A stretch of 57,727 nucleotides of DNA from an uncultured Verrucomicrobiae bacterium (GCA_963788655.1 CAWBHS010000077.1:1-57727), one strand, 5' to 3'. Shown: positions 30,801 through 41,505, numbered from the stretch's first letter. The notes: generated from the letters alone by a model not told the origin. Translations and numbers: made by a program.

Positions 30801-31155
30801 CTTATTACATACGGAAGAAAAGGACGAATCTTGCAAAGTATTTCATATTTATTTTGAAATACGTTGATTGAACTTATTAATTGCGAGGCTCCACCGGCGG
30901 GCCCGCATTTGTAACTAACTGCCGGTGCGTGGATTGGAAAGTGAGCCCATTCGGCCGGCTGGTTGAGTTTGCTTGCCGAAAATTTTTTTGAAAGAAATGA
31001 AAGGCCGGCGTCGTATCATGGTTGGGTGAAAGTCGTCAACCCATCAAGTCGCCCAAGGTATCGTCTCGGTAAAAAACCAAAATTCTTTGCAACTTTGCGC
31101 AGCACGCGGTGGTTCTTTTCGTCAAACAGGGTGTGTGCGTGCTTGGAAAACGGTT

Positions 31156-31725
31156 ATGAAAACGGTCGAACAAACAGGAATGGACGATTGGTGGCAACAA
31201 TGCAGTTTGCCGGTGAACCTGAGCGAATGGATCGGGAAAGACATGCTGGTCAAGCTCGCTCTGAATGCCGTGCAAAGTGTGGAAGATCATCGTATCGATC
31301 GCGATATCCAGGCCGGCGTGATGATGTTCCTGCCACCCCGCATGATGTTGACATTGCTCGCCTATTGTTATGCGGTGGGGATTTACGGTTCCCGAGCCAT
31401 TCACGAACAGATTCACCATGACGCCGCCCTCCGCTATCTCTGCGCCGGACAGCATCCTTCGGCTGATTATATTCGCCGGTTTCGTAACAAGAACCGCGAA
31501 GTCATCACAAGTTGTTTGGGCCGGGTATGCTGTGCGGTCGGCCGGATGCATTTGGCCGGCCAAGGCACGGCCTTGTTGGATTCAGAGCCTCGGGCTGGAT
31601 TGCCGTCAAACTGGTTTGGGTATTTGATGGAACTGCAATGCCTCTGTGAAGCCCGGCAACGCCTAACCCTGGCCGAACTCATGGACGGTTTGTGGACTGA
31701 AATGGAGTTTTCAACCGAGCTTTGA
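31156..31725 (+). CDS. Stand-alone DUF772/InsH-N-like (transposase N-terminal HTH) protein without DDE domain
   Basis: PRMMLTLLAYCYAVGIYGSRAI...LRYLCAGQHPS...IRRFR resembles IS1182/IS5 N-termini. No catalytic domain or terminal inverted repeats seen. Confidence 0.7.
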   Translation: MKTVEQTGMDDWWQQCSLPVNLSEWIGKDMLVKLALNAVQSVEDHRIDRDIQAGVMMFLPPRMMLTLLAYCYAVGIYGSRAIHEQIHHDAALRYLCAGQHPSADYIRRFRNKNREVITSCLGRVCCAVGRMHLAGQGTALLDSEPRAGLPSNWFGYLMELQCLCEARQRLTLAELMDGLWTEMEFSTEL

Positions 31726-31824
31726 AGCCAGGGGGCTACTGGTTTGCCTTTCGGTTCCGCCGGACATCGTGTTATTCTGGCGGCATTGAAATCAAAGTCA
31801 CATCGTCCGCCTCAACCAGGCGGA

Positions 31825-34347
31825 ATGTCCCCTGACCGCCGTTCTTCCGACGGCGCAGGACCAGCCTCATCGAAGGCCTCCAAACGGCCACGCCGGTGGT
31901 GGTTCCCCCTGGTGGCCGCGGCGATTCCGGTTTTGTTGCTGCTCGGACTGAACTTCGTTTTATGGCTGTTTGGATTCGGTTATCCTACCCACTTCTTTTT
32001 GCCGGGCCGCATCCAAGGCAAGGCCGTTTGCCTCGCGAACCATGATTTCACCCGCCGGTTCTTTCCGCCCGGCTTGGAGCGTGCTCCCGAACTGCTGGCC
32101 ATGGACGCGACCAAGCCGCCGGCGACATGCCGGATTTTCGTATTTGGCGAATCGGCGGCGCAAGGTGATCCGGCGCCCTCGTTTGGGTTCGCGCGCATTT
32201 TGGAACAACTGTTGCGCGCGCGGTATCCGGGCCGCCACTTCGAAGTGGTCAACGTGGCCATCACCGCGATCAACTCCCACGTTCATCCGTTACATCGCCC
32301 GGGACTGCGCGCCGCGCGAAGGTGACGTGTGGCTCATTTACATGGGCAACAACGAAGTGGTCGGACCTTTCGGAGCTGGCACCGTGTTTGGGATCCAAGC
32401 GCCCGGCCGGGCCTTTATCCGCGCCAGCCTCGCGGTGAAGGCGACACGCTTGGGGCAGTTTTTGGACGCGCTCAAGTGGCGCTTGGCCGGTGGAAAAACG
32501 CCGGCCACCTGGGAAGGAATGGAGATGTTTCTCGATCAGCAAATTCGCCAGAAAGATCCGCGCATGAGTGCCGTGTATGATTCGTTCCAAAAGAATCTCG
32601 ACGACATTCTGGCCCTGGCGGAAGGCTGCGGCGCCAAGGTGTTGCTCAGCACCGTCAGCAGCAACTTGAAGGATTGTCCGCCCTTTGCCTCGCTTCACCG
32701 GAACGATCTTACTACGGCACAATTGGCCGACTGGAACCGGCTTTTTCAATCCGGCACAAACCAAGAAGCCACGGGACAATTCTCTGCTGCTCTGACGAAC
32801 TACCAGCAGGCCGCCAAACTGGATGCGCAGTATGCGGAGCTGTGGTTTCGCGTGGGCCGTTGCCAATGGGCCTTGAGCAATTACGCCGATGCCAGGAAAA
32901 GTTTTGAACAGGCCCGCGACCAGGACACGTTGCGCTTCCGCGCCGATACGCGGCTCAACCAAACCATCCGCAATACCGCCGCCAAACAAGCCGGGGACCA
33001 ATTGAAATTGGTCGATGCGGTCGCCGTGTTTGCGGAACACAGTCCTCATGGGATCACCGGCGACGAGTTGTTGTATGAACACGTGCATCCGAATTATCAG
33101 GGACATTACTTGCTGGCCCGCAAATTCGCGGAACAACTCACCGGATTCCTGCCGGCGACAGTTACCCAGGCGACCACCAATCCACCGGCCTCGCTGTCCG
33201 CCGCCGAATGCTCGCGGCGACTGGCTTACACCGCTTGGGATCGGCTTCAGGTCGCGGACGAAATCTACAAACGGCTGCAACAACCGCCCTTCACGCACCA
33301 ACTGGATCACGAGACGCACATTGAGAATACTGGCGCCAAAAGCGCGCCCTTTTGGACGCCGCGATCAATCCAGCCGGTATGAAAGAGACAGACGCCGTCT
33401 ATCAGGAGGCGATTCGTCTAGCGCCGGAAGATTGGGTGTTACGTGCCAATTTCGCGCGGATGTTGCAGTTCAACGGGCATCCCAATGAGGCCGCCTCGGA
33501 ATGGCGGAAAGTGATCGAGTTGATGCCGTATCAATTGGAAGCGTATTACAGCCTGGGCAATATTCTCGACAGCCAGGGCCGAACGGCGGAAGCCATTCCC
33601 TATTTCCAAGAAGCGCTCTCCCGCCGGCCCGATTCGGTGGAAGCGCACAACGGCTTGGGATTGGCGTTGGCGAACCTGGGCAAACTGAAGGAAGCCGCCC
33701 GGCAATACGAAGCCGCCTTGCGCCTCCGCCCGGCGTTTGCCGAGGCGCACGTAAACTTGGGACAATTGCTGGCCAGGCAAGGCCAGGTCAAGCAGGCTTA
33801 CGAACATTACGCGCAAGCGTTACACCTCAATTCGAACAGCGTCGCCGCCCACATCAACTTGGGGAAGTTGCTGACCGGCGAGGGCAAGATTCAAGAGGCC
33901 AAAGCGCACTACCGGTTGGCCGTCAATCAGAATCCGGACAACGCCATCGCGCAATACAACCTGGGGAACGCCCTCACCGCGTTGAATGATCCGGAGGCGC
34001 TGGAACATTATGCGCAGGCCGTGAAGCTCCAGCCGGAGTTTGCCGAAGCCCGATACAACCTGGCTCTCGGACTCGCCAAACAGGGACGGGCGGACGCGGC
34101 GATCGAACAGTTCCTTGAAGTAGTGAAGCTGCGTCCGAACTCACCCGACGTGCAATTGAACCTCGGCGTGGCGCTGGCCAAGGCTGGCCGCTACGCCGAA
34201 GCGATCACGCATTTCCAGGAGACGCTGCGGCTGGATCCCGCCAATGCGGCAGCTCGCAAGTATTTGGAGCACGCACAATCGCTGCAGAGTAACGTGCTGC
34301 CGGCATCCTGCCGGCAGATCGAGCGGAGGAAGTGGGAGCGACAATAG
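31825..34347 (+). CDS. Membrane-anchored SGNH/GDSL-like + TPR protein, frameshifts ~32285 and ~33320
   Basis: TM helix, RIFVFGESAAQG, IYMGNNEVVGPFG and EHVHPN, followed by ~8 TPR repeats (AHNGLGLALA, AHVNLGQLLA...). Confidence 0.8.
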
Positions 34348-34439
34348 CTGCGTATTCGAGCGTGCCTGGCACATCCGGTTCTGCCGGCGAGACGCCGACA
34401 GCACGCTGCCTAAACGGGTTGCCGGCATTCTACCGACAG
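34294..34439. repeat. Cluster of three GTGCTGCCGGCATCCTGCCGGCAG-family palindromes
   Basis: Copies at 34294-34317, 34381-34404 (inverted) and 34418-34439. Confidence 0.75.
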
Positions 34440-34528
34440 TTTGAAAAGTGATGATCGAACAACAAAGACCGGTGCGTGGATAACCAAGTTCCAGATCCCA
34501 ATGAGCCAGCCGGATCCTGCTCCGGCTT

Positions 34529-34588
34529 CAATTGGTGGTTCGAGCATTTGACATTCTCTGGTCATTGGGCCTTGGACCTTGGTCATTT
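34529..34588 (-). repeat. 7-bp-periodic element; inverted homolog of 35588-35646
   Basis: Reverse complement AAATGACCAAGGTCCAAGGCCCAATGACCAGAGAATG... aligns with AAATGTCCAAGGACCAATGACCAAGGTCCAGAGAAGG... Confidence 0.7.
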
Positions 34589-34651
34589 TCCCCGTGGAAC
34601 CTTTGACCTTTCCCGCCCGGTTTGGTAATGCTGGATAAAAATAAATCTGTT

Positions 34652-35587
34652 ATGAAAACTGCAATCGACCGTCGTTCCTTCCTCAAATCCACTGCTACCA
34701 CTGCCACCGGCCTGATGGCGGGCGCGTTGGCGGGAAGCGCTCCGGCCAGTCGCGCGGCAGACTCGCCCGCACTGACCATTCCGGCCAAGGCCACCATTTT
34801 CAAAACCGTTAAGTGGGGCATGATCAACGAGCCCCTGTCCGTGCTCGACAAATTCAAGCTGTTGCAAGACTTGGGCTTTGACGGGGCGGAACTGGATTCG
34901 CCGGGCGGCGTGAACAAGGACGAAGCGCTCGAGGCCAGCCAGAAGACGGGCCTGCCCATTCACGGTGTGGTGGATTCCACGCATTGGTCCGTCCGCTTGT
35001 CGGATCCCAAACCGGAGACGCGCGAAAAGGGATTGCAGGATCTGCTGACCGCCATCCGCGAAAGCCATCATTGCGGTGGATACGCGGTCTTGCTGGTGCC
35101 GGGGCACGGCGATGACGGCACGCATGAAGAGGTGGCGTCGCGCTCCCTCGAGCAAATTCAGAAGGCCTTGCCCCTGGCCGCCAAGCTGGGCGTGCGCATC
35201 CTGATCGAGAACGTATGGAACAAGTTTTGTTACGAGGACAACGGACCGGGCGACCAGACGGCCGACCAGTTAATCGAGTTCATCGACCGGGCCAACAGTC
35301 CGTGGGTGGGTTCTTATTTCGACATTGGCAATCATCGCAGATATGCCACGCCCTCGAAGTGGATTCGCCAATTGGGACATCGCATCATCAAGGTGGATGT
35401 CAAGGACTATGATCACCGGACCAAAAAATGGGCGGAGATTGGCGAAGGCACGGTGGATTGGGACAAGGTGCGGACGGAACTGGCGCGCCTCAACTATCAC
35501 GGTTGGGCTACCGCGGAAGTCGGGGGCGGCAACCGCCAACGGCTGAAGACGATCAAGGAACAAATGGACCGCGTCTTGGGAGAATAG
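34652..35587 (+). CDS. Tat-exported sugar phosphate isomerase/epimerase (xylose isomerase-like TIM barrel)
   Basis: Twin-arginine DRRSFLK, GFDGAEL, ILIENVWN, YFDIGNH, KVDVKD and GEGTVDW. Confidence 0.88.
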   Translation: MKTAIDRRSFLKSTATTATGLMAGALAGSAPASRAADSPALTIPAKATIFKTVKWGMINEPLSVLDKFKLLQDLGFDGAELDSPGGVNKDEALEASQKTGLPIHGVVDSTHWSVRLSDPKPETREKGLQDLLTAIRESHHCGGYAVLLVPGHGDDGTHEEVASRSLEQIQKALPLAAKLGVRILIENVWNKFCYEDNGPGDQTADQLIEFIDRANSPWVGSYFDIGNHRRYATPSKWIRQLGHRIIKVDVKDYDHRTKKWAEIGEGTVDWDKVRTELARLNYHGWATAEVGGGNRQRLKTIKEQMDRVLGE

Positions 35588-35646
35588 AAATGTCCAAGGA
35601 CCAATGACCAAGGTCCAGAGAAGGCCCAAGCCTCAAGCCCCAATGA
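35588..35646 (+). repeat. 7-bp-periodic element
   Basis: Units (T/A)CCAAGG, ACCAATG, CCCAAGC starting right at the stop codon. Confidence 0.7.
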
Positions 35647-35704
35647 GGCCCCGTCAGCCTTCTGCTGGCTGACTGGTTATTAGCCCCTGGTCGTTGCCAA
35701 ATCG

Positions 35705-37783
35705 TTATTGCTCCGCGCTCGGTTGCGCCGGATGGTTCTCCGGCGTCGCCGCTGAGTTGGTTGCGTTCTCCGCATCCGCTTCCGCAGGCGACTCCGGACT
35801 GGAGGGCAAGCCAACCGTGGGTATCACGTCGGCGGTCGAAGCCGCTTGGCGCTCCGGTTCCGGTTCGGGATTAAGCACGGCTTCGGCGACTTCGGCGACC
35901 GGGGTGGAAGGTGCTTCAGCGACGGCGGGCGCAGTCAATTCCGGTGGCACGTAGCCTTCAATGGAATTAATGCGGTACCGCTTCTTCTGGCCATCGCTTT
36001 CCCACTGGATTTCTTCACCGGCACCGTGATTCAGAAAAGCTCGGGCCATCGGGGTCAGGTAGCTGAGATAACCTTTGTCCGGATCCGTATCCCAGGCGCC
36101 CAGGATGCAGTACGTTTCAGCTTGCTGCGTATCCAGGTCGGTGACATTCACCCGGGTACCAATGCTGGCGGCGTCTGTGCGGGGTTTGGCAAAGTCGGTG
36201 CCGCGGGCTTGCACCAGTTGCACCTCCAACTCGGATTTGCGGCGCATGAGCAGCTTCTGCATTTCTTTGGCGGCTTTGTATTCGTGGTTCTCGCGCAGAT
36301 CGCCGTAGCTGCGGGCAATGGCAATCTCCTTCGAATTAGCCGGGATCTTCTTATGGACCAAGTTGGTGTATTCATTCCGGCGCCGTTCGAGGCTCTTCCA
36401 CGAAACAACCAGCGTCGTCGCTTGTTTGGTTTGCTCGCCGCTGATCAGGGTTTGAATGGCCGGATAACTCTTCACGATGCGTGCCAGCAACGAACGCTTG
36501 TCCATGTCGTCGAATACCGTCGATAGCTGGAGAGCGCGGGTCAGGTCTTTGATGACTTCAAGATCGGCCGAGCCAATCAGTTCCACGAGCAATTCCTGGT
36601 CGTCCACCACGAAATCCCGGAGGCGATTGGATTTCTTCTCGTTGAATTCATCGCGTTCCATGGCGGTCATCATGGCGCGAAATACTTCGGGCCCGAGAAT
36701 GTCCGCATAACTGTCGGATCGTTCCTTCGCCAGCCAGAGCAGCAGTTCACTGCTGGCCTTGTGCTGGCTGATCAGCAGAACCAGCATCTGCTTGAGGTCG
36801 TCCAAGTGGTTTTCGTGAATCAGCAGGTGCGCGCATTCTGAGCAGATCTTGGCGGGAATACCGTTGAGCGCCGCCAGGATTGCCTGGGGCCAATCCTCCG
36901 GGTGAGTGGCCTTGAAGGACTCCAGAATTCGGCGGTGCTTGCTGGCGGGGGCTTGGCGCAGCACTTCTTCGATTCTGACGTCCTGGGCCCAAATCTGTTG
37001 TTCCTGGAGCTCTGCTTCCACCGGGGCCGCGGTGGTCGCGGCGGCCAGGTCGTTGCGGATGAAGATGGCCTCCAACGCCACGGTGGGTTGGGTGCGTTGA
37101 TGGGTCGGAATATCCGCGTTAAGCGTCACAATAATCGGCGCAACCAGGGCCTGCTTGTCCTGAACGTCTTCGAGGCTCTTCAAAACTTCCGTAGCCACAT
37201 TCACCTTGGCCTTGAGGCCCTTGCTCTGCCGAAAACTCTCCAGCAACCGGTCATCCAGGGAAATCTCCTGTTCCTGATAGACAATCGGATCAGACTTCTT
37301 GGACGGCACCACAAAATGGCCGTCTTTCTTCAGCTCATGCTTGGCGTTGTCCCACCATTTGCGCCAGTCGTCCCGAATAATATCCGGCACCAGGATCTGC
37401 TGGATTTGATCGAGCGTGGCTTTGCCTTCGTAGCTTTGCAGGACCAATTTGATCAGTTCCAGGTGATTGACCGCGGCCAACTGCTTCAGTGCCTCCAAGT
37501 CCGACGCCTTGCGGGCCAGGATATGGTCGCGCGAAATTGGCTTGAGCGAATCGGCGGCAAAACCCAGGTCCATCGTATGTCCCGGTTTGTTGGGAAATTC
37601 GATGGTGAACCGGGCAAACACCGTGTCCACACTGATAATCCGGCCGAAGCCCCAGCTTCGATGCGAACAAAAACCGCTGGTCGTAAGCTGCATCAAAGGC
37701 TCCACGTGCTGACGCGCCAGTTTCCCGGCGGCGACCAGCCTATCGAATGCTTCTTTTAAATCTACTAAAGTCTCGCCTGCCAT
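35705..37783 (-). CDS. greA: Long-form GreA/GreB transcription elongation factor (PVC type, large N-terminal extension)
   Basis: C-terminal EIAIARSYGDLRENHEYKAAK with the conserved acidic pair, and ILGAWD...SYLTPMARA. Start set at 37783 because the longer ORF overlaps rsmB. Confidence 0.88.
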   Translation of the reverse strand: MAGETLVDLKEAFDRLVAAGKLARQHVEPLMQLTTSGFCSHRSWGFGRIISVDTVFARFTIEFPNKPGHTMDLGFAADSLKPISRDHILARKASDLEALKQLAAVNHLELIKLVLQSYEGKATLDQIQQILVPDIIRDDWRKWWDNAKHELKKDGHFVVPSKKSDPIVYQEQEISLDDRLLESFRQSKGLKAKVNVATEVLKSLEDVQDKQALVAPIIVTLNADIPTHQRTQPTVALEAIFIRNDLAAATTAAPVEAELQEQQIWAQDVRIEEVLRQAPASKHRRILESFKATHPEDWPQAILAALNGIPAKICSECAHLLIHENHLDDLKQMLVLLISQHKASSELLLWLAKERSDSYADILGPEVFRAMMTAMERDEFNEKKSNRLRDFVVDDQELLVELIGSADLEVIKDLTRALQLSTVFDDMDKRSLLARIVKSYPAIQTLISGEQTKQATTLVVSWKSLERRRNEYTNLVHKKIPANSKEIAIARSYGDLRENHEYKAAKEMQKLLMRRKSELEVQLVQARGTDFAKPRTDAASIGTRVNVTDLDTQQAETYCILGAWDTDPDKGYLSYLTPMARAFLNHGAGEEIQWESDGQKKRYRINSIEGYVPPELTAPAVAEAPSTPVAEVAEAVLNPEPEPERQAASTADVIPTVGLPSSPESPAEADAENATNSAATPENHPAQPSAEQ

Positions 37784-37806
37784 AATAGGGTTGAGAATAT
37801 TACCGG

Positions 37807-39121
37807 GTGCGTGGTCAAAAACCAAGACAAATTGCGGCCCGAATTTTACTCCACCAGGCGCAACGGCTCGATTATGTGGAAAACCTGCTCGATCAAGAGC
37901 TGGCGCGGACGGCCTTGGCGCCTCCGGATCGCGGCTTGGTTCAGGAGTTGGTTTTCGGCGTGGTCCGCTGGCAGGCCACCCTCGATTGGCTGATTGCGCT
38001 GAAAACTTCCGGGACGTCCGCAACGGCTGCCCTTGCAGATCTTGCTTCGGTTGGGCTTGTACCAAACCTTCTGGCTGGATCGGATCCCGGATTACGCCAT
38101 CGTGAATGAATCGGTGGATCTCGCCCGCGAACTTGGCTGCGGCCCGCAATCCGGTTTTGTGAATGCGGTCTTGCGCGGCTGCCTGCGAGAACGCGACGCC
38201 ATTCGCGGTCAGCTCGACATGCTCAAAGACCGGGAGCCGGCTGTGGGATATTCGCATCCGCTCTGGCTGTGCGAACGCTGGCAGCATCGCTGGGGCGGGG
38301 AAAAACTTCGGCGATTGCTGGAATGGAACAACTCTCCCCCGCCGACGTATGCGCGCGTCAATACCTTGCGTTCCGACACTGAGCGCCTGACCGAGCAATG
38401 GGGCCAGGAAGGGGTGGCCTTTGCGCCGCGCCGCTGGGATTGGACCGACGAGGGGCTCGTCTTTGAATTGTTGGAACATCCGCCGTTGCCATCGCTGCCC
38501 AGCTTTCAGCAGGGGCAATTCTACATTCAGGATCCCGGCACCTTGCTGGCGGTACGCGACTTGAATCCGCAACCTGCCGACACCGTGCTGGATGTCTGCG
38601 CCGCGCCGGGTGGCAAGACCACCTTCATCGCCCAGCTTATGCACAACCAGGGCCGGATCGAAGCCCAGGATCGGCAGCGGGAACGCCGGCAATTGATCTG
38701 GGAAAACTGCGAACGACTGGGGGTCACCTGCGTGCGTCTGGCGGAACCTTCCGCGTCCCCAGCCAACGTCGCGGCAGCTCCCCCCACGTTCGACCGGGTC
38801 CTGCTGGATGCGCCGTGTTCGAACACCGGAGTAATGCGCCGCCGGGTCGAATTGCGCTGGCGCATTCGTGCGGACGAAATCGATCGCCTGGCCGAAGTGC
38901 AGTCAGACCTGCTGGCCCGGGCGGCTCGCCAACTGCGGTCCGGAGGAATCCTGGTCTATAGCACTTGCAGTCTCGAACCGGAGGAAAACAGCCAGGTGAT
39001 CCAGCAATTTCTTGGCGCCCACGCGGATTTTAAGCTCTTGGGCGAGCGGGAATTGCTTCCCTTCCAGGACGGCGTGGACGGCGCTTACGTGGCGCGCTTG
39101 ACACGTTCGGCAGTCACATAA
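37807..39121 (+). CDS. rsmB: 16S rRNA m5C967 methyltransferase (NusB-like + Sun domain), frameshift ~38010-38030
   Basis: DRGLVQELVFGVVRW, LRLGLYQ, SGFVNAVLR, DVCAAPGGKT, DAPCSNTG and VYSTCS. Confidence 0.92.
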
Positions 39122-39317
39122 CTGCCCGCTGCGCCGGGGAGTGCATCCGCCTCGGGTCCAGTGCAGTCAACGGAGCCCACGCCGTTGAGGCGAATGTTTG
39201 ATTGGTCTCAAGCAGCAAATGTCTGCCCCCGCCACAACGACGGCGCGAGGAATATCGGGATGCCGAGGTCCGGCCCTGGGTACCTCGTTGGTCGCGACAG
39301 AACAACGGCACTTGGCT

Positions 39318-40184
39318 TCATCGCACTTCTATTTCGGCGTTCTGCCCCCATCGTGCCTTGTCCGGCAAACCCGTTTCCGGCAAGCGCTGGTAGAGCACCC
39401 ACAGTCCAATGCCCGAGAGCAACACCATGTCGGGAAAAAGCAGCGGCGCAAATACCGGCGCGCCATACACCACCCGATCAAACAATGATGGGCCAACCCC
39501 GTGCAAGTCCGCCGTGAAATGGAAAATGAATCCCAGGAAACCGACTCCGGTTTGCAGCAACATCACCACGGCGCAGATCCGCAGGTAGCCCCGGCTGACC
39601 CGCCGGACGAGCAACACAATCATGAACCCGACGGCCAGCGCACTGCTCCAGACTGGAAGCCATTCGGTGGGATAATAAAATCCATTTTGCGCATGGTCGG
39701 TGACACTGAAAATGAAATTGCCGACAAACCCGCCCAGCGCAAGGAAGATCACCCACAACGGCCATTCCCAACGCTCGGCCGCCACCATGCGGTTCATGAT
39801 GAGCAACAGTCCCAGTCCCGTGTAGGCCAGTGGCGCGGCGAACGGCGCGGCATAGACCAGGCTTGCCAAAGTCTGCCGCTGGAAGAATTGGCTTTCCAAG
39901 TGCAGCACCAACCCGGCGATGCCAATGGCCACGGACATCCCGCCGGCCATGTAACCCAACACGCGCCAGGCTTGCACGCGCGCTCGCACCAGACACACCA
40001 GCGCGGGCACCAGCAACAACGGCGACAACAGGGAAAACGCGAGCGGCACGTATTCGGCCGGCACCCGGAAATAATTCATGCGGTGCGCCAGGAAGATGTC
40101 CGGCGCCAAGCCGACCAGATTGAACACGGCAAACAATTCAACCCAGGCCAGCGGGCGACGATACCATTTAGCGTTGGCGGTCAT
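39318..40184 (-). CDS. Integral membrane protein, two internally repeated 4-TM halves with four His
   Basis: DIFLAH / SVTDH, GLVLH / GFIFH and YAAPFAAPL / YGAPVFAPL. Start overlaps the cytochrome stop. Confidence 0.8.
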   Translation of the reverse strand: MTANAKWYRRPLAWVELFAVFNLVGLAPDIFLAHRMNYFRVPAEYVPLAFSLLSPLLLVPALVCLVRARVQAWRVLGYMAGGMSVAIGIAGLVLHLESQFFQRQTLASLVYAAPFAAPLAYTGLGLLLIMNRMVAAERWEWPLWVIFLALGGFVGNFIFSVTDHAQNGFYYPTEWLPVWSSALAVGFMIVLLVRRVSRGYLRICAVVMLLQTGVGFLGFIFHFTADLHGVGPSLFDRVVYGAPVFAPLLFPDMVLLSGIGLWVLYQRLPETGLPDKARWGQNAEIEVR

Positions 40185-41406
40185 GCTCGCGACGCAATTG
40201 TTCCGCCTCATGGCGAAGCTCCACCAGATGTTTCAGGATTGGATAGTTGCCGTGCCACTGCACGAAATCCGCCCCGCCCATGAACGCCCCGTGTTTGGCC
40301 GTTCGACCGTAGTAATGCCAGAGGTCGAAAAAGTTAAAATCGATTGGCTGGTCGTAAGGTTTCCCGGTGAGCATGCCGTCCCGGCGCAATCCGTCCATGA
40401 TCGCCTTGGCGGATTTCATCTTATCGTTTGTGGCCTCCACCACGGCCGCGGCTTCCCGATACACCCGGTCCACCACCTCGGCGGTATGGCATTTCAAGCA
40501 AACGTCCTTCATCGCGGTCTGGGCGCGTTCGGGATCAGCCCGTTGTGTGCTGATCTCCGCAAAGAGGTAATAAGACAATCGGTCGGAAGGATCATGCGTC
40601 ACGCCCGTTCCATTGAGGCCGCTCATGTGGCAGGTCGCGCAAGTAGGAATGAACATCTCGCGGGTGGTCAGTTTCTTGGGTGGTACCGTCAGATCGAGCA
40701 GTTGGCGTTGCGCGGCGAACATCACCCCGTGTTTGGATTCGGTATAGATTTCCAACTGGGAATGGTCCGGGCCCAGATGGCATTGGCCGCACGTGCTGGG
40801 CAGCCGCGCAAACTCGACCGAAGAGGTGTGCCGGGTGTGGCAGGCGGTGCATTGGCCGATCGTGCCGTCGGCGTTGGGCCGGCCAATACTATGGCAACTC
40901 ATGCAGCCGCTTTGCGTGGCCGGCACGCCCTCCAGTTCGGCCAGCGCATTCGGCGGCCGTTTCACACTGCCCGGTTGGTGGCGTTCGGCAAAAGCAACCT
41001 GCTCGGCGGTCAAACCGTTGTCCCCGGCGACCGCTGCCCAGGAGGCGGCGGCGTGCCGGCTGCGCAAAAACTGTTGGTAGATTTGCTCGTGACATGACCG
41101 GCAATTGCCCGGCGTCACCCCGGTATTGATCACAAAACCGTGGTGGTCTTTGCCTGTCTGTCCGGGCGCGACTTGGTGGCAATCCAGGCAGTTCAAGCCC
41201 TTCTGCGCATGCATACTCATTTCGAACTCGTGGACAATCGAATACTGCGAGTTCAAATGGCACTCGGCACATTTGCCGCTGGCGCGCACGAAGGCCGCAC
41301 TCGGTTGCTCGATTTCGACGCGTGGCCGGCGGGAGTTCACCAAATAAGCTGCCACGATCAACCCCGTGGCGATGACGATGGCAATAAACACGGATCGAAA
41401 ATTCAT
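40168..41406 (-). CDS. Membrane-anchored octaheme cytochrome c, hydroxylamine oxidoreductase (HAO)-like family
   Basis: Eight CxxCH (CAECH, CLDCH, CRSCH, CMSCH, CTACH, CGQCH, CATCH, CLKCH). Also CHTRH, CHLGPDHSQLEIYTESKHG, PTCATCHM and WHG. Confidence 0.88.
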   Translation of the reverse strand: MNFRSVFIAIVIATGLIVAAYLVNSRRPRVEIEQPSAAFVRASGKCAECHLNSQYSIVHEFEMSMHAQKGLNCLDCHQVAPGQTGKDHHGFVINTGVTPGNCRSCHEQIYQQFLRSRHAAASWAAVAGDNGLTAEQVAFAERHQPGSVKRPPNALAELEGVPATQSGCMSCHSIGRPNADGTIGQCTACHTRHTSSVEFARLPSTCGQCHLGPDHSQLEIYTESKHGVMFAAQRQLLDLTVPPKKLTTREMFIPTCATCHMSGLNGTGVTHDPSDRLSYYLFAEISTQRADPERAQTAMKDVCLKCHTAEVVDRVYREAAAVVEATNDKMKSAKAIMDGLRRDGMLTGKPYDQPIDFNFFDLWHYYGRTAKHGAFMGGADFVQWHGNYPILKHLVELRHEAEQLRREHDRQR

Positions 41407-41505
41407 GTGGTTTCAATTGCTTGTTCCTTGGACTTCCGTCAACACTTTTGTGCCTGAGCAATGTTGAGTGAGCGAGCGGCGCTAATAACCGGTTTGAAAA
41501 TTCGC

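Noticed and set aside
31087..31725. Active insertion sequence
   Set aside because: No DDE domain, terminal inverted repeats or target duplication found.
37784..38692. 300-aa N-terminal extension of the GreA ORF
   Set aside because: It is the antisense of rsmB; an open shadow frame is expected in GC-rich DNA.
20858..41406. Anammox or ammonia-oxidation pathway suggested by HZS-alpha-like and HAO-like genes
   Set aside because: The genes are ~17 kb apart, no hzsB/C, amo or cycAB are present, and both families are widespread in non-anammox bacteria.
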